Shown here piece after piece: positions 28,800 through 42,229 of a stretch of 64,000 bases of DNA; position 1 is the first letter of the stretch, and the number at the start of each line of letters is the position of its first letter. Under the pieces are notes generated by a model. It did no database searches, had not been told where the DNA came from, and saw nothing but the letters and a program-made list of their open reading frames with translations. Source of the stretch: Sphagnum compactum. Lineage: Eukaryota. The translations under genes and the position numbers were made by a program. Where the stretch lies: the NCBI GenBank assembly GCA_965153455.1, contig OZ234494.1, positions 7,750,001 through 7,814,000 on the forward strand. Direction: 5' to 3'.

Positions 28800-30400
28800 A
28801 ATATTGGTTTGTTACTATAAATTGGAAATGTGCCTGGTAGTTTGAATGCCATATAAATAGGTTTGTGAAAATCTAGTCAATATGCTTTTGAAACACTTGA
28901 TTTGGATTCATTCCCTAGCACATTTGACCGTATATGGTCTAATTGTGATCCAACTTTTGTTGTGATATTTCTGAATTGGGATTTTAATTTTAATTTATTC
29001 ATAAAAATTATTATTTGTTGTTTATTGTCCTTATGATTATTATCATCTAAAACGTTGACATTAAAATCTCCTGAAACAATGATTGGGCAATCATTTGAGG
29101 ACTTTTGAATCAATGTTTCTAATGTGTTCAAGAACATAGAAATCAAAGAAGAATGACTTTTATAAACACATATTATATGAATCGCTCTTCGAGTTCTTAT
29201 GTTAAATGTAGCTAATATATATTTTGATCCATTACATGTTGTTGTGTAATAAGAATGTAAGAACATTTGTGCATTGTACATTGTTATCAAACCATGACCA
29301 TCATAAATTGAAATGTATGAATATTTTGATGTATTTATGAAATTATGTACATCATTTGATGATTGTATTCTAGTTTTCAAAATGCAAAGAACATATGATA
29401 CCTGTAGGTTGGGGTCATGATTTATATCTTGGTGATGTTGTTTTAAAGAATTTTTGTTGAAAGCTTGTATAATAACATGTGAATGATAAAAAGTTTTTAA
29501 ATTGAGGAACAAAAGTTCTCCAATTTGCAAAAGTTTTTAAATTATCCATTTCTTCAACTACACGTTGATCGATGTAAAAGTTTTGATGTTGGAATGGAGT
29601 CAACAAATATAATCCTTCTTTATTTGAATGTGAGCAAAAACAGAATATGATAGTACTTGTTTTCTTACATTGGTAGGATCCAAAGCTAATTCATCTAATG
29701 TGATCAATGAATGGTTCTTGTTGCTGTTAATTGAATTGGAAATTGAATTATTGTTATAATATGAGATCAATTTTTGCCAAATTTTATGTATTTGATAATT
29801 GACTCAATTGGTGTCCAATTTTATTGAATATTGTTTGTATAAAGGTGGGTAGACTTTTTTTTAACTAACATTCTTATTTTTGGATTTGGGACCAATATCC
29901 AAACTATGGTTTTGTTATGAAAGATGTTGATATTTTGAATGCACCATCAGCTCCATTAACAAGGTCATCATATGTTGCATAATTTCCAACACATAATTCA
30001 ACTACCATAGTTTGTTTGATACGAATTATAATATGTAAGCCTACAGTTTTACTTGGATCATTTGGAAGTTTATACGATGATGGGCGTGAATGATGATGAA
30101 TGTCTACAGCTTCAAAATTGAATATTAGGCCAGTTGTTTTGTTAAACACAATTTTATTATGTTCTTGCACTAAAATATTTGTATAAAATAAATGTGGTTT
30201 AGTTAAAATGTTTGGTATTTCTTGACAACAACTTGAATTGTTATATTTGATGTCTTTTAAAGTTTGTGTGCACGTGTGAATTTGTTCAAAGTTTTTATAA
30301 ATTTTGTATCAATTTGTCACATAATTGAAGTTAATTCATAACATTTAACATTATTTTTTCAAAAGTTTAATGCCGAAAGTGAAATGTTCAAAAATTGTGA
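28800..30400 (-). mobile_element. Second Helitron2/Helentron-like remnant (C-terminal helicase + AP endonuclease)
   Basis: PHLFYTN..VQEHN...VELCVGNYATYDDLVNGADG (Pif1). Then IQAFNKNSLKQHHQDI..DPNL..SYVLCI, ICVYKSH, IIVSGDFN, QLDHI, DFHKPIYMAFKLP (EEP/AP-endonuclease motifs). Paralogous to 8500-9900. Confidence 0.85.
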
Positions 30401-30419
30401 ATCGGAAGCATCATTGGCA

Positions 30420-30950
30420 TTTAGAATCGAAATTCTAAATTGACTATGAAAATTCTAGAAAATTCAAAATTTAGCTATTGAAATCCCAAAAAACTATGAA
30501 AATTCCAAAGAACTTAAAACTTAGCTCCTAAAATTCGAAATAACTATGAAATTCCAGAGAATTCCAAAACTCAAAATTTTAAATTTTAAAGAAAAACTAT
30601 GAAATTTCCAAATAATTCAAAAGCTCAAGTTTTGAGAAAATATTAAATATGAAAATTTGGAAAAAATCAAACAGCTCTTGGAATCCTAAACAATTATGAA
30701 AATTCCAAAGAATTCAAATTTAACTCTTGAAATTTTAAACAACTATGAAAATTCTAAAGAATTCAAAACTTAGCTTTTGAAATTCTAAACAACCATGAAA
30801 ACTTTAGAAAATTCAAAACTTAGCTCTTGAAATTCTAAACAACTATGAAAATTCTAGAAAATTCAAAACTTAGGTCTTGAAATTCTAAAGAACTATGAAA
30901 AATCCAAAGAATTCAAATTTTAACTATTGAAATTCCAAAATTTAACTATT
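30420..30950. repeat. Degenerate ~50-bp tandem array (~10-11 copies)
   Basis: Unit approx. AACTATGAAAATTCTAGAAAATTCAAAACTTAGCTCTTGAAATTCTAAAC, best preserved at 30740-30900. Confidence 0.85.
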
Positions 30951-31005
30951 AGAATCATGACTTTGTTATTTTTGGATTAGGTTTGTGAACATCAAAATCA
31001 AGTTT

Positions 31006-31475
31006 TCATTTTGTTGATATAGGCTCCAAATCAATAAAAAGATTTGATAAGGATGGAAGAGAAGAGGTCAAATCAAATGGAGGCTCAATGTGTTCCTTAA
31101 CACTAACAAGTTGAGAAGTAGGAGTTAATTGAAATTTACCTTGTAATTTGGTCTTGATTAAAAGCTGAACTTGTTTTGGACGTGGTCGAATGAGGAAATC
31201 AGCTTCTGACATACCCACCATAGCTTTTAACCACTTGCCCTCAACAGTAAAGAAAACAGATCTCCAATTGTTGGTGCAATTGAAGCTTATAAAAAACCAA
31301 CCTTCTTCTCGATGGTTGTTTTCACACCACACACATTACAATGCACATTGTCATTTGTAGATGCAACAACAATATCCAACATATGACATTTTGCACATAA
31401 TTTTCGGAGAGGAAGGGTTGTTGGATTGAATATAGATAAAATCAATAGAATGGTATGGAAATCACAATCTTCCAT
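31006..31475 (-). pseudogene. Frameshifted ORF with a CxxC...CxxC zinc finger, possibly an RPA70 C-terminal OB-fold-like fragment
   Basis: DFHTILLILSIF...CAKC...HCNVCG, then in a shifted frame FISFNCTNNWRSVFFTV...AMVGMSEADF. The spacing resembles RPA1-C; pattern recognition only. Confidence 0.35.
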
Positions 31476-31684
31476 TCGGATAGATTGTGAGAAAGTATCA
31501 AAATGTTTTTACTTGTTTTCCAATTCCATTCTTGCATTGTCCAATGGATAGAATGGTAGGGAAATCACAATCTTCCATTGAGATAGATTGTGAGAGAGTA
31601 TCAAATGGTTTAGGGTTTAGCCTTGTTTTCTATATTGCCCTTCAACTACACTACAAAAACCCCACCTGATGCTGATCCTAGCTG

Positions 31685-32385
31685 ATCCATTCATCTATTC
31701 ACTCCCAACAGTGGTTGGATGACTATTCCTTGTTATTCATTCATGTCTTCACTCCAAAGAGTTGGTTAGATGATTAATTTTTTGGTCATTCATTCGTCTC
31801 TTCACTCCAAAACAAGTGGTTGGATGACTATTTCTTGTTTACATCTTCGTTCCAAACGGTTTGGATGACTAATTTCCTGTTACTATTCGTTCGTTCATGT
31901 CTGCACTCCAAGATAGTGAGTGGTTGGATGACTACCTATTTCTTGTTATTCATTCATTCATTTGTTCATGTCTTAACTCCAAAATAGTGGTTGGATGATT
32001 AAAATTTGCTGCAAAAGAGGATGACAGTATGGGCTACAGGTTTTGTCATCCACTTCCGGTGTAAATTTTCATCCCATCGGGTTCTAATCTACCTATTCTT
32101 GTTACTCATTCATTCATTCATTCATGTCTTCACTCCAAATTGCGGTTGGATGATTAAAATTTGCTTGAAAAAGAGGATGATAGTATGAGCCACACATCTG
32201 GTGGAGATTTTTCATCCCATCTGGTTCTAAGCTACCTAATCATGTTATTTCATTCATTCATTCATCTCTTCACTCCACATCGCAGTTGGATGATTAAAAT
32301 TTGGTCGAAAAAGAGGATGATAGTATGGGCCACGTGTTTTGTCATCCACTTCTGGAGTAGATTTTCATCCCATCTGGTTCTAAGA
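31685..32385. repeat. Cluster of ~55-bp degenerate repeats (TTGTTATTCATTCATTCATGTCTTCACTCCAA...GGTTGGATGA) plus longer units with nested GGATGA/TCATCC inverted motifs
   Basis: About 8 copies of the CACTCC...GGTTGGATGA core seen directly upstream of the ABM gene. Confidence 0.8.
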
Positions 32386-32409
32386 TTAGTTCCAGACCAG
32401 TCCACGTGG
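32331..32409 (+). promoter_or_regulatory. Two G-box (CACGTG) motifs upstream of the plastid ABM gene
   Basis: CACGTG at 32331-32336 and CCACGTGG at 32402-32409, about 260-340 bp before the ATG. Function inferred. Confidence 0.4.
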
Positions 32410-32667
32410 CCGACTCCTATTGACGGACTGTAAGACTGTGGATAGTGCCCGCCCGCAGTTCGAATCTCGTCGCTCCTCTCCTCCTTCTTCTTCCTCTTCC
32501 GCCTCCTCCATCTCCATCGTCCTCTCCTTTTGCCGATTGCAATTTCTGGCTGTTTTTTTCCTGTTGCGGAAAATCCAGGGATCGTGAAGCCGTTCTTGTT
32601 GTTGTCAGGGTGCGAATTTCTGCTTTTTTTTTTTTTTTGGCACCGTCCGCAGCAAATTATCATCACA

Positions 32668-35478
32668 ATGGCAACCACATCCTGTTCGCAGTCTTTAGTT
32701 TTCGCGAGCTCACATGTGTCTTCTTCTTCTTCTGCTGCTTCTTCTTCTTCTTCTTCTTCTTCTGCTTCTTCGTCGTTGTCTGCTAGAAATGCTCTTGGGA
32801 ATTGTAGTACTACTTCGGCTACAGCTTCGTCAGTGCGGAGAGCTTCTTCGACAAGGGGGCGTGGTTGTGGTGGAGGGTTTCAGAAGGGATCACATCTAGG
32901 AACCACGACGTTCGTGGTGCGAGAATGTCGTCGCGTAGCGCCTTTCATGTACCGGGCGGGAGGGTTAGTGGTGGAGGCGGCGAAGAGAGTGGCATCCGGG
33001 CGGAGTTATGTCTTGAGCTCCACCTTGAAGATTCAAGAGGGGAATGAAGAGGAAGTGAGCAGCTTGTGCAAAAGCATACTACAATGGGCTGTCGAGAAGC
33101 AGGTATGATGAACAATTTCCCCTGCTTTTTTTCAGTTGGCTGCGGAGAGTCTCCAGATGCACACAGTCCCTCTTCTCCCTGACACTTTCAAACATTGATG
33201 CGGCACATGTGTGGCACATGTTTGTGTTGTTGTACTTCACTAACAAAACTGTGCAAAAAATTACGAACTTGTGGAAAGTTTGAAGACCCTAACCCTTTCA
33301 TGTTGAATGGTAAAGACATTCTGATGGAGAACTTTTAGGAGCAAGCTGTCAGTTGGCTCAGCTCTTCTTCTTTGGCCACTCCAGAATTCAGACTTTAAAG
33401 GGGTTGAGCAATGCATTTAGCATTAGTGTTCATGTCTTGTGGACAGCCTTGCTTGCAGCTCACTGGCGCTGCCATTCTTTGGAGCTGTTGAAGTCAGTGG
33501 GAAATAAATGGCAGCTAGTCCACTGCCATTTGCGATGAAAGTGATGATGGTATGGTACTCTGCAAGCCAGGGACACTCACAAGGTTACGTCCACACATGT
33601 TCTTATCATGTCTGATTTGGTTTGCCAAGAACAGAGACATTTTAACAGTAGTTATCTTCAAAGTGCTTGTGTGGAGTTTTCTCTGCAATCCCATAAAGAT
33701 ACCATTCGTCTTTGTAAGGCAAGGGAAGCATATGTGTATGTTGTGTATCCTGTACTTGTCATAGTCATATTTTCTAGTTTCTTTAGCTGTTAAGAAATGT
33801 TTTGATCTATGTGCTGGAATTGGGGTTGACTTGCCATTTTCATTGGAGATTACAGTTAGGACACATTTCTGCAATAATTATTTACTCGCAGACTGTTTGT
33901 TACAACAATAACCATCTGGTTGCCTCCACCTACGACTCTTCCTTAAAGCATTTTGGGCCTGGTGTCTACTGTTGGATGGCTTTCTTTTCCTGTATTCATG
34001 AGAGCATCCAGGGTTCATTTTATTAAAGTATTCAAACTCAATTTGAATGTGTACTTTTTGACTTAGGTTCAAGCTTGCAAGGCAAGTAATGGGTTCTATA
34101 TGACCATATGTTGGAGTTAGATACCTTGAGACTGCACTGTCAACCACAGGAATTTCTAAGTGTAAATGCACTACTTAGAGAAGCATGATCTCTTTCACAG
34201 TTTGAGAGGCATACAGGATATAATAGTGATCACCCAATAATTGTTGCATAAACTCACTTGAGTATTACTCTTGGTGGCATCTCCAGAATTTCTTGTCCAC
34301 TAATCTGGCTATCTGACAACTATTGGGGTAATTGGTGAACAGACAGATAAGAAATCAGGCATCCAATGCTTTGAGTGCAATGTGGATCCATTTGAGAAGA
34401 ACGTATTTCATTTCTGGGAACGATATGAAAGCTTTCAAGCAATGAATGATATACGTGCCTCTCTTGAGCATACCAAATTCATGACTGATGTATGTATACA
34501 CCTGTCTCATTTTTGTCTTGTATGACCACATGCTGTCCATCTAGTCCAGGCAATTCTTTTGAGAGGAAGTCATTTTGTCAATGAGTAGCAATTGAAGTGT
34601 GTTGTGGGCTTGTAGCAGCTATCCTAGTGCTGAGAGTGTGGACAGATTGAGGCATGGGAATGTATTTCAGGGATCTGTAGCTATCCATACTTGTAATAGA
34701 GCACATGCAAACTTGGAAGAGCATCTTCTGTGTTGGTCACCAATATGTGGAAATCAATTGTGCCTGTCTTCACTGGTTGGATATGCAAGAGGATATGGTG
34801 TTCAGTTGCACTCCTCATACTTCCCCCCTTTCTAGTCACAGACATGGCACAAGCAGCTTGAATGGCCAACATGAGACTATTCTTGAGAACCTGGAAGAGA
34901 AAAGTGTCAATAGGCAAGTATTTTGATGTTCTACTGTCCTAAGACATAGCTCTTTATTCTATAGAATGAACTTAGCATAAACAAAGTTGGATTTGGATGC
35001 AGGTGAGGCCATTGCTGACAGGACCCATTGGTCTTGCTGTATATGAGTACAAGGACGGGCAAATTGGACACATGATGAACCCTATTGGTATGTCTGGCCC
35101 CCCTTTTCCATTTTGTGTTCCTCAAAGTCCTAGCAGAAATTTTGAACAGATTCCATATGCATCAATTTATGATTATCAAGACTTGTGAAGATTGTTCAGG
35201 TCTGCTTTTATGGCATACCTCACATTAAGATGTGTGGCCTGTAAATTGTAGGTCCCAAGGGAGAAGGAGGGCTGGATGATGCAACAGGGCAATCAGGCAG
35301 CAAACAACAATCATCAGCTATGAATCAGGGCCTTGGGGATACTACCGATAGGGAGCAATGGGGCCTGCAGTCCATGCTAGATAAGGTCATTGGAAAGGAG
35401 AAGCAAGAAAAGGCAGAGAAGGCAAAGAAGGTAGAGGGCTGGAGCTTGAAGACATTGTTCGGAGGTGGCAAAAAGTGA
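32668..35478 (+). CDS. Predicted plastid-targeted ABM (antibiotic biosynthesis monooxygenase-like) / dimeric alpha-beta barrel protein (~297 aa); exons 32668-33102, 34343-34489, 35003-35087, 35252-35478
   Basis: Ser/Arg-rich transit-peptide-like N-terminus. Then YVLSSTLKIQEGNEEEVSSLCK...SGIQCFECNVDPFEKNVFHFWERYESFQAMNDIRASLEHTKFM, an ABM-like pattern (F-x-F-W-E-x-Y...H). All four exons join in phase with GT-AG; TGA at 35476-35478. Confidence 0.85.
32719..32770 (+). repeat. (TCT)n microsatellite encoding poly-Ser in the transit peptide
   Basis: Direct reading; interrupted by GCT codons. Confidence 0.85.
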
Positions 35479-38400
35479 AGAGGCTCTTCAACCAAGCCCT
35501 ACTGGCCAAGAACAATAGAGAGTTCTCTAGATGAAGCTTGGTTTACTGTAGGTGAAAAAGGAGTGTGATTTTTTGTCGGCATCAGTGGGGAGGACATAGA
35601 GACTCATCTTCAAAGGTATCTTCATCATCTTAGAGAACTTTTCAACACCTTTTTTGTTGTGCAATAGTTGAGAATCCTAGTACAGTACAAGCATCCAGTG
35701 CCTAGTTTAACTATTGTCATTATTTAGACAGATGGGTATCAAGCGAAGGATGTTGTCCCATGCTTTCTTTTTGCAGGTCATTCGCCTGTAATTATGAATG
35801 CATCATGCTCACAAATAGGAATGGGATCTGGGAACATTCCTCAAGCTAGGACAGTGTGACAAGGTAGTTCCCTGAAGTCTAGTTGCCAAAACCATGTAGA
35901 TGTGTGGGGGAACTTCATCTGCATATTGATGCCTAGTGACTGTTTGATAGAAATTGAAAGCAAGAGAATCCATGGAAGTTACTCACAACAGAAGCTCATC
36001 TGCAGCCTTCACTTTTGGAGGGGTGTGAGCTTGCATCAAATGTCTGCTCAGGGAAGAATGCACAAGTCTATAAAGAGATGAATGAATGGGAGATAAGGAT
36101 CAATAAAAAGAGGTACTAATTATAATAAGCATACAGAGCTTAAACTAGATGTGGTTACAAAGTCTGAATTTCTCAACAAGACCTTCTCCTTTCTTTTGCT
36201 TACCTCTTTAGTTTTATCTGCCCACTAGTTTCTCAAACCTTGTCCCCAAAGTAGGTTGTACAATCACTCATATGTTATGGGTTGCAATGAACACACCAAT
36301 AGATGGACATCTTCAATGTCTTCCGAAATCCAGCTAGTCCTTAGTCCTTACTATTTGAACATGAAAGAGTCTTGATCTATTTCATTTTGGTCATGGCATG
36401 TGTAAAATTTGTCAACATATTCACATATGCCTTTTTTTCATTCTAAGATTGAAATATTTTATCCTAACTACAAGATAGGTTTTGTAAACACTTGAACGCC
36501 CAACAAGAGGACATTGTGACAATCATATCATGCATGCTATACAATTGATAATTTCCCATTTTAATGATGCAAAGTCAACTATTATTTAGTATGTGAAATG
36601 ATCTTCCAACACATTTTGCCCATACATTTTGAATCTTTCATGCACAAAACAATGCTTCAAAAAGGTGTAGCAACATACACATTAACAATGTATTTCCCAT
36701 CATTTCATGAGGTAGGCAATCTTTCAATCAATTTGAACATCATTTATGATGTTTACATATTTGCTTTTATGTATATCCCTTGTGATCCAATCCAAATTTC
36801 CTAGTGCATATAAGATTTCTTAAAAAACATTGTCAAGGGTCAATGTTTCCCAAGATATTGAAACATTAGGGTAGGATACTAGTTTTGCCCATGCCTATTC
36901 AATTTGATTAAGAACCATGATACTTTGTACACATGACCTCATACATTGAAAGTGGCATCCACCCACTATCATAGGTTTATTATGGGAAATCTGCTATCGT
37001 AATAATTTCAATTGATGATGCCTTCATGCCCATATCTTCAAGAAGAACATGCTTGGAAGCTCTTTTTTTAGTCTTTTCATTGGCATGTATTCCACTCATT
37101 GAGAAGTAGCAATTTTTTTATGGTGCAAAATTTTGGCAAAATGTGAAAAATAAAAATAAAAAGGGAATATTGTGTCACTATATTCCCCTTTTTTGGAAAA
37201 AATCACCATATTTTGAGAAAAAAATTGAAGTTTGATAGCATTTTTTACTATTTAGACAAGTTCCAAAAACTTGTCACCATTTAATGTTAAATCTTTCTTG
37301 GGATGCTAGGCAGTGACACAATATCAAAGATTTATTGGAGAAAACATCATTGTTGAGAAGGGGTTAGGGCACACTCACATTGCAAATTGCAAAACATCTT
37401 TCCACAAGCCTTTTAGCATTGCACTACATTTAATAGATCAAAAAACATTTTTTTGGTTGAGACTTGCAGAGGATTGAACTTTCAAATTAATGTTGTAGGA
37501 TAAGATTAAGACTTGCAATTCACATGCTTGTTGTAATTTGGATTTCATGGTCTTGACACAAATTGATTTGACAATGGAATGTGTGACATGATTGAATATT
37601 CCCAACCCAATAGTACTTTCCCAACAAACTTGGCCACTCATTTACATTAAAGGACATATCTAATTATGCAATGCAAAATAACAACACAATTTCAATTATT
37701 TTCATGAGGTATTGATTAAATGGCTATTCAAAATCCTTTTATATGGAAATATGAGATATAGAATTTTGTATTTGATTGGAGCAATTTAGATGGTAAATGA
37801 AACAAAAATTGGTCCTCATGTCAAAAATGGTAATTTGCATGGAAAAAAAATTTCATATTGGTTGGTGAATATTATTGTATTGTGCATTGGGCATAGGGGT
37901 TTTGTTTTTCAATTTTGTGATACACAAAATTATTCCAAATTTTTAGGAAAATTAGCTAAATTACATAAGGAAAAGAATCCCTAGTTTTGTTGTTGAAAAA
38001 AAAATAAAAATCATCAAAATAAAAATCACTAAATGGGTGTGGACAATTGGGTGCATGCATAAGTTAATGACTTCACCCTTTTGTGACCCTTGGACATAAA
38101 TGGAACATAGTCCCCTTTGCAAAACAAATACACACTTAAAATCTTTGTGTTTGCAAAATTTAAAACGTAATGATTAAATGCATTTGGCAATCCTTAGTAA
38201 AAATGTTGAACATGACCACCCAATAGATTTAATCATCTTTGAAATGTCATACTGGGATCACTTTCCTTTTAAGAAAAGTCAAAATTATCCATGCCTTTCA
38301 CTATATTTAGAAAAAAAGCCAGAAAAAACCTTGTTGACTAATTAGAATGAAAAATCTTCAAATATCACTTATGAAGCAAAATACTTTTAAAGCATTTTTT

Positions 38401-38949
38401 CATATACCAATAGTTTTTTATGATTTTAAACAACACCATGTGAATATTTAATGTTCAAAACAATGTCAAGAATAGAAGTAGGATCGAATTGAAAACGAAG
38501 CTACCAAGATTATGCATTGTCAAAGACATGGATAGTCTTGATTCCATTGATGACTTTGAGAATTAAAGTGAGCACACACAACTCTTGTACAAGGACCTTT
38601 TTCCTATTTTCCTATTTTCATTGTTATGGTTGGCTTCACATTTATCAACCTCTAGACTTTGAGGTTCAATGTAATTTAATTATGTATGTTTGTACGTTTG
38701 TATTTTGGAGAGCATTCCATAAATCTTTTTTGGATTTTGGTATTTAAATGTTTTCTTTAGTTACACATGTACAAGGATGTTGGGGAGGGATACATGGTGG
38801 TACCACAAATGTTAGGGGAATATTATCAATGAACATTCAATCAAATCACACTAAAATAGATAGCAAACACTAAATCGTAGGTGGCATTTGAGTTGGCACC
38901 AATGGTAGGTTGTAGTTTCATAGCAAAAATAAATGTTAAAATAACATAA

Positions 38950-39346
38950 AATGTTAAAAAGTGCAAGATTTTACACTTCAACAACAATGTTACATAAAAT
39001 TACAAAAAATGGCAAGCGTATGTTAAGGTCATTGCTTATTTCTCCCTTTCCATCCCTTAGCAAGCCAACCTATAAAGACAAGTGGGGAACTATCTATAGA
39101 TATCAGAAAAAAAGTTTTTATTACATGAATAGCATCGGCCCCAATGAAAAGTATTGGAAAATTGTCACAAAAGATAATATTGAATCGGGATCACTAAAAC
39201 ACTTCACCAAAATAAACTATGAAATGATTGACACATTTATGAATGCCACTAGGCCATGCAAAAATCGTCAACACTTGAAAATTTTAATGAAGGTACATGA
39301 TAGTGTATACCAAGTGCAACCATGCATTTGCAACCAAATGTTTTAA
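38950..39346 (+). mobile_element. Degraded Myb/SANT (trihelix-like) DNA-binding ORF, likely PIF/Harbinger ORF1 remnant
   Basis: KDKWGTIY...YYMNSIGPNEKYWKI...KHF...YEMIDTFM matches the trihelix/Myb-SANT pattern CxDKWxxxxxDxKKIxDY...YWxM...LPxxF. No partner transposase recognised. Confidence 0.55.
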
Positions 39347-41181
39347 AAAGGTGATTAACTCAACTTCTAGGCAAAGGATTATGAAATAAAATCATCTCCA
39401 TTACTTGTGTACAACATTGTCCTACGGTTGTAAAGGAAAACAATCGAGTTAACCCCCAAACACATTGCAAGTCTCATGTCATTGAAAGTTCCAATCATAA
39501 ATTAGCAAGTACCCCTACAATTCAAACCTCACATCAATTTATATTTGTGAATACAATTGTAGAAGATGGATGAACTACTCCAACATTTTGCATTCCAAGG
39601 AGAATTGTTCCTACATTGCCAAACAATGCAAACGAAATTACAAAGCTAATTGACCAAATAAAAAGTGGATAATTTGGGCACCAAGTGACCGGAAGCACAA
39701 GAATGAAAAAGAATTGTGCAACATCGCAAAGTAGTTATCCATATTTCAACTGTTAGACTCTCTTGAAAGCTCAACTTCTAACACAAAAAGATTTTTTAGA
39801 CTAATGCATTCTAGTCATGTTCCTTCTAGTCCTTTGTGCCTCAATGTCTTGCATGGCTTCAAATTGTGTCACCCTCATGACTTGTTCAACATCAACTTCA
39901 TTCCTTCCAAATGTTAGGTTATGTTAAAGACAACACACAATAAAGGCAAATTAGGAACAATGGTATGGTGCAAACACACTAACAAGAGTCATGCTTACCA
40001 CTTAAGGTGATACTTATAAAGTAATCGGTTTGTTTGCCAAAATGATGCGACAAACAAAAATTGATTGCCAAAAGCAATGGATTAGAAATATTCCATGACT
40101 TTTACAATGACTACAAATATTCACAACAAAAAAATGTGATGATATATTATTGTGTATAGGGTTATACATGACATGTTAGTCTATCTAACACATCACATCA
40201 ATTTTGACATTGATGCGCCTTGATGTCGCATTTATATTAAATGTTGTGCAATAGAATTTAAATATGCTTTGAAATAAATACTTTAAATGAATGAATCTTA
40301 TCCAATTTTTGACTATTACAAGATGTGTCCTCATTTCACGACACATTTCACTCGCATTCCACCTAACACTGAATGGGAAAAAGCCTTGTAATAAATTTGT
40401 ATCATAAATTACAAATAATTACATAAAATACCATTATATTTCCATACTTTTTTGAGGGCATGTAAATAACCATTTTGGGATCTAAATCCGGGTTATAAAT
40501 CATTAATCTTCAGCCACATAATTTATTTCTTACATGTGACCAAAATTTTGGTAACAAGTAAATTCTATTGCATTTAAATTGTAAATGCAACCAAAATTTG
40601 AATCCCACTCAATTTGTAATTTTGGTCCCATGTGAATTTTAGATGGGATCAAAATTTGTAATCCATGTAGAATTACATGGGACCATGTAAATTTTACATG
40701 CCATGTAAAATTCATGAATTATACATGAAACCAAAATTTCAATCACATGTAGAATTACATGGGACCAGACATGTACATGGGATTGAAATTGGGACCAAAC
40801 TTATGTAATTTTACATGTGACAAAAAATTTGGACCCATGTAAAAATTTAGGTTCCATGTAGAAGTTTTCCAAATAATTGAACACATGGGATTGAAACTTC
40901 AATCCCAATCTTAATCCCATTATATTTTAGTTAAATTTCACCAAAGTTTTGACAACAAAAAAATGAAAAATTGTGGAAGGCTTCCATTTGCATAAAAAAT
41001 TATTGCTTCAAATGAATATTTATCGATTATGTTCCATTATTTGATATTTATGAACTTTCATCCGAGCATTTTGTATCTTGACATGGACACATGGATTTTC
41101 CAACATGTTAAAATATTGGCAACAAAATAGTTTGGGGACATGAAATGATAGGATTTATATCACAAATTTAACATGCGACAA

Positions 41182-41379
41182 ATTCATAGGTTTGTACATT
41201 TCACACATGAATGTCATGCGTTGAAAACATGTTTGACACACGAATAAATGTGTTGACGAATTAGGTACAAACCTATGAATGAAAAAATGTTGCATGAATT
41301 TTGCATCTTCCTATAAATTTGTGTGTCAAATGTGTTTTCAATGCACAATATCAATACATGAAATGTACGAATTATGAAT
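41182..41379. repeat. Fold-back / MITE-like inverted repeat
   Basis: ATTCATAGGTTTGTAC (41182-41197) is a perfect inverted repeat with 41265-41280. The ~64-bp arm 41182-41245 also pairs imperfectly with 41317-41379. Confidence 0.7.
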
Positions 41380-41769
41380 GAACAAATTTTGCCCGATTTC
41401 CATTACTAAGTCATGAGATGTTAAGTTTGTGATGTATGCTACTACTTATACCTTTAACATGTGTACAAAGAGAATCACAATATTAATGCAAGTGAACCAA
41501 AACTTCTAAAATTTTAATCGTGTTCAATGAAAAGCCCAATACTATTCAAATTTTAAATATAATAACACATGACATCGTGATTCCTTCGCAAAACTTCATT
41601 TCATTAAATCAACAAGTCTAAACCACATCACCTCCGCCATTTCATATAAACTACACCAAATTTCATATGCACTAACTACAAATAATCTATGGTTCCCTTT
41701 AGTAACATTCTTTAGGTGGAGTCTAGTTGTATGGAGGCCCCATCAACATGCACATGACATGTTGGATGG

Positions 41770-42229
41770 TTTTTCATGCCTTTGGATTCACTTTGTACAT
41801 ATAATGAATCACCTTGGCAAATGACATTTTGGTTGAATTGTCCAAAAAATATTTTGTATCCCACTTTTCACCCCATATGGCATTTACAAGTTTGCCCACT
41901 AAATATGCTTCAAACCATAAATTTGTTTAGTGTCATTTCACCATACGCCAAGTAGTTCCTAATTCGCCATGAACAAAAAACAATTATAGGGCCACCCACT
42001 AGTGTGTTTTCCTTGCATTGATGGCATTGTGTTCCTTGGCAAAAAATATGTAAAGATGGATCTCTTGCATGTATCCAACTTCACCCCAATTGCACAGAAC
42101 AATGTACACAATATTTAGTTTGTTGAACAAACAATGTAACAACATGTCCTTCCACAAATCATTGTGCAAAATCCCACTATGGTGCATTGCATTCATGATG
42201 TTCACGAATGCCCGGCATATCTCGCTCAT
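41770..42229 (-). pseudogene. Degraded protein-kinase-like domain fragment
   Basis: MHHSGILHNDL (catalytic loop HxDL), VYIVLCNWG (decayed DWG/DFG position), WVAL*LF (decayed APE), EAYLVGKL. Contains stops. Confidence 0.6.

Noticed and set aside
32455-32475. GTTCGAATC as a tRNA T-loop
   Set aside because: No matching T-stem, A box or cloverleaf.
35616-35776. Possible 3'UTR intron of the ABM gene
   Set aside because: Splice-like sites only; cannot be supported without transcripts.
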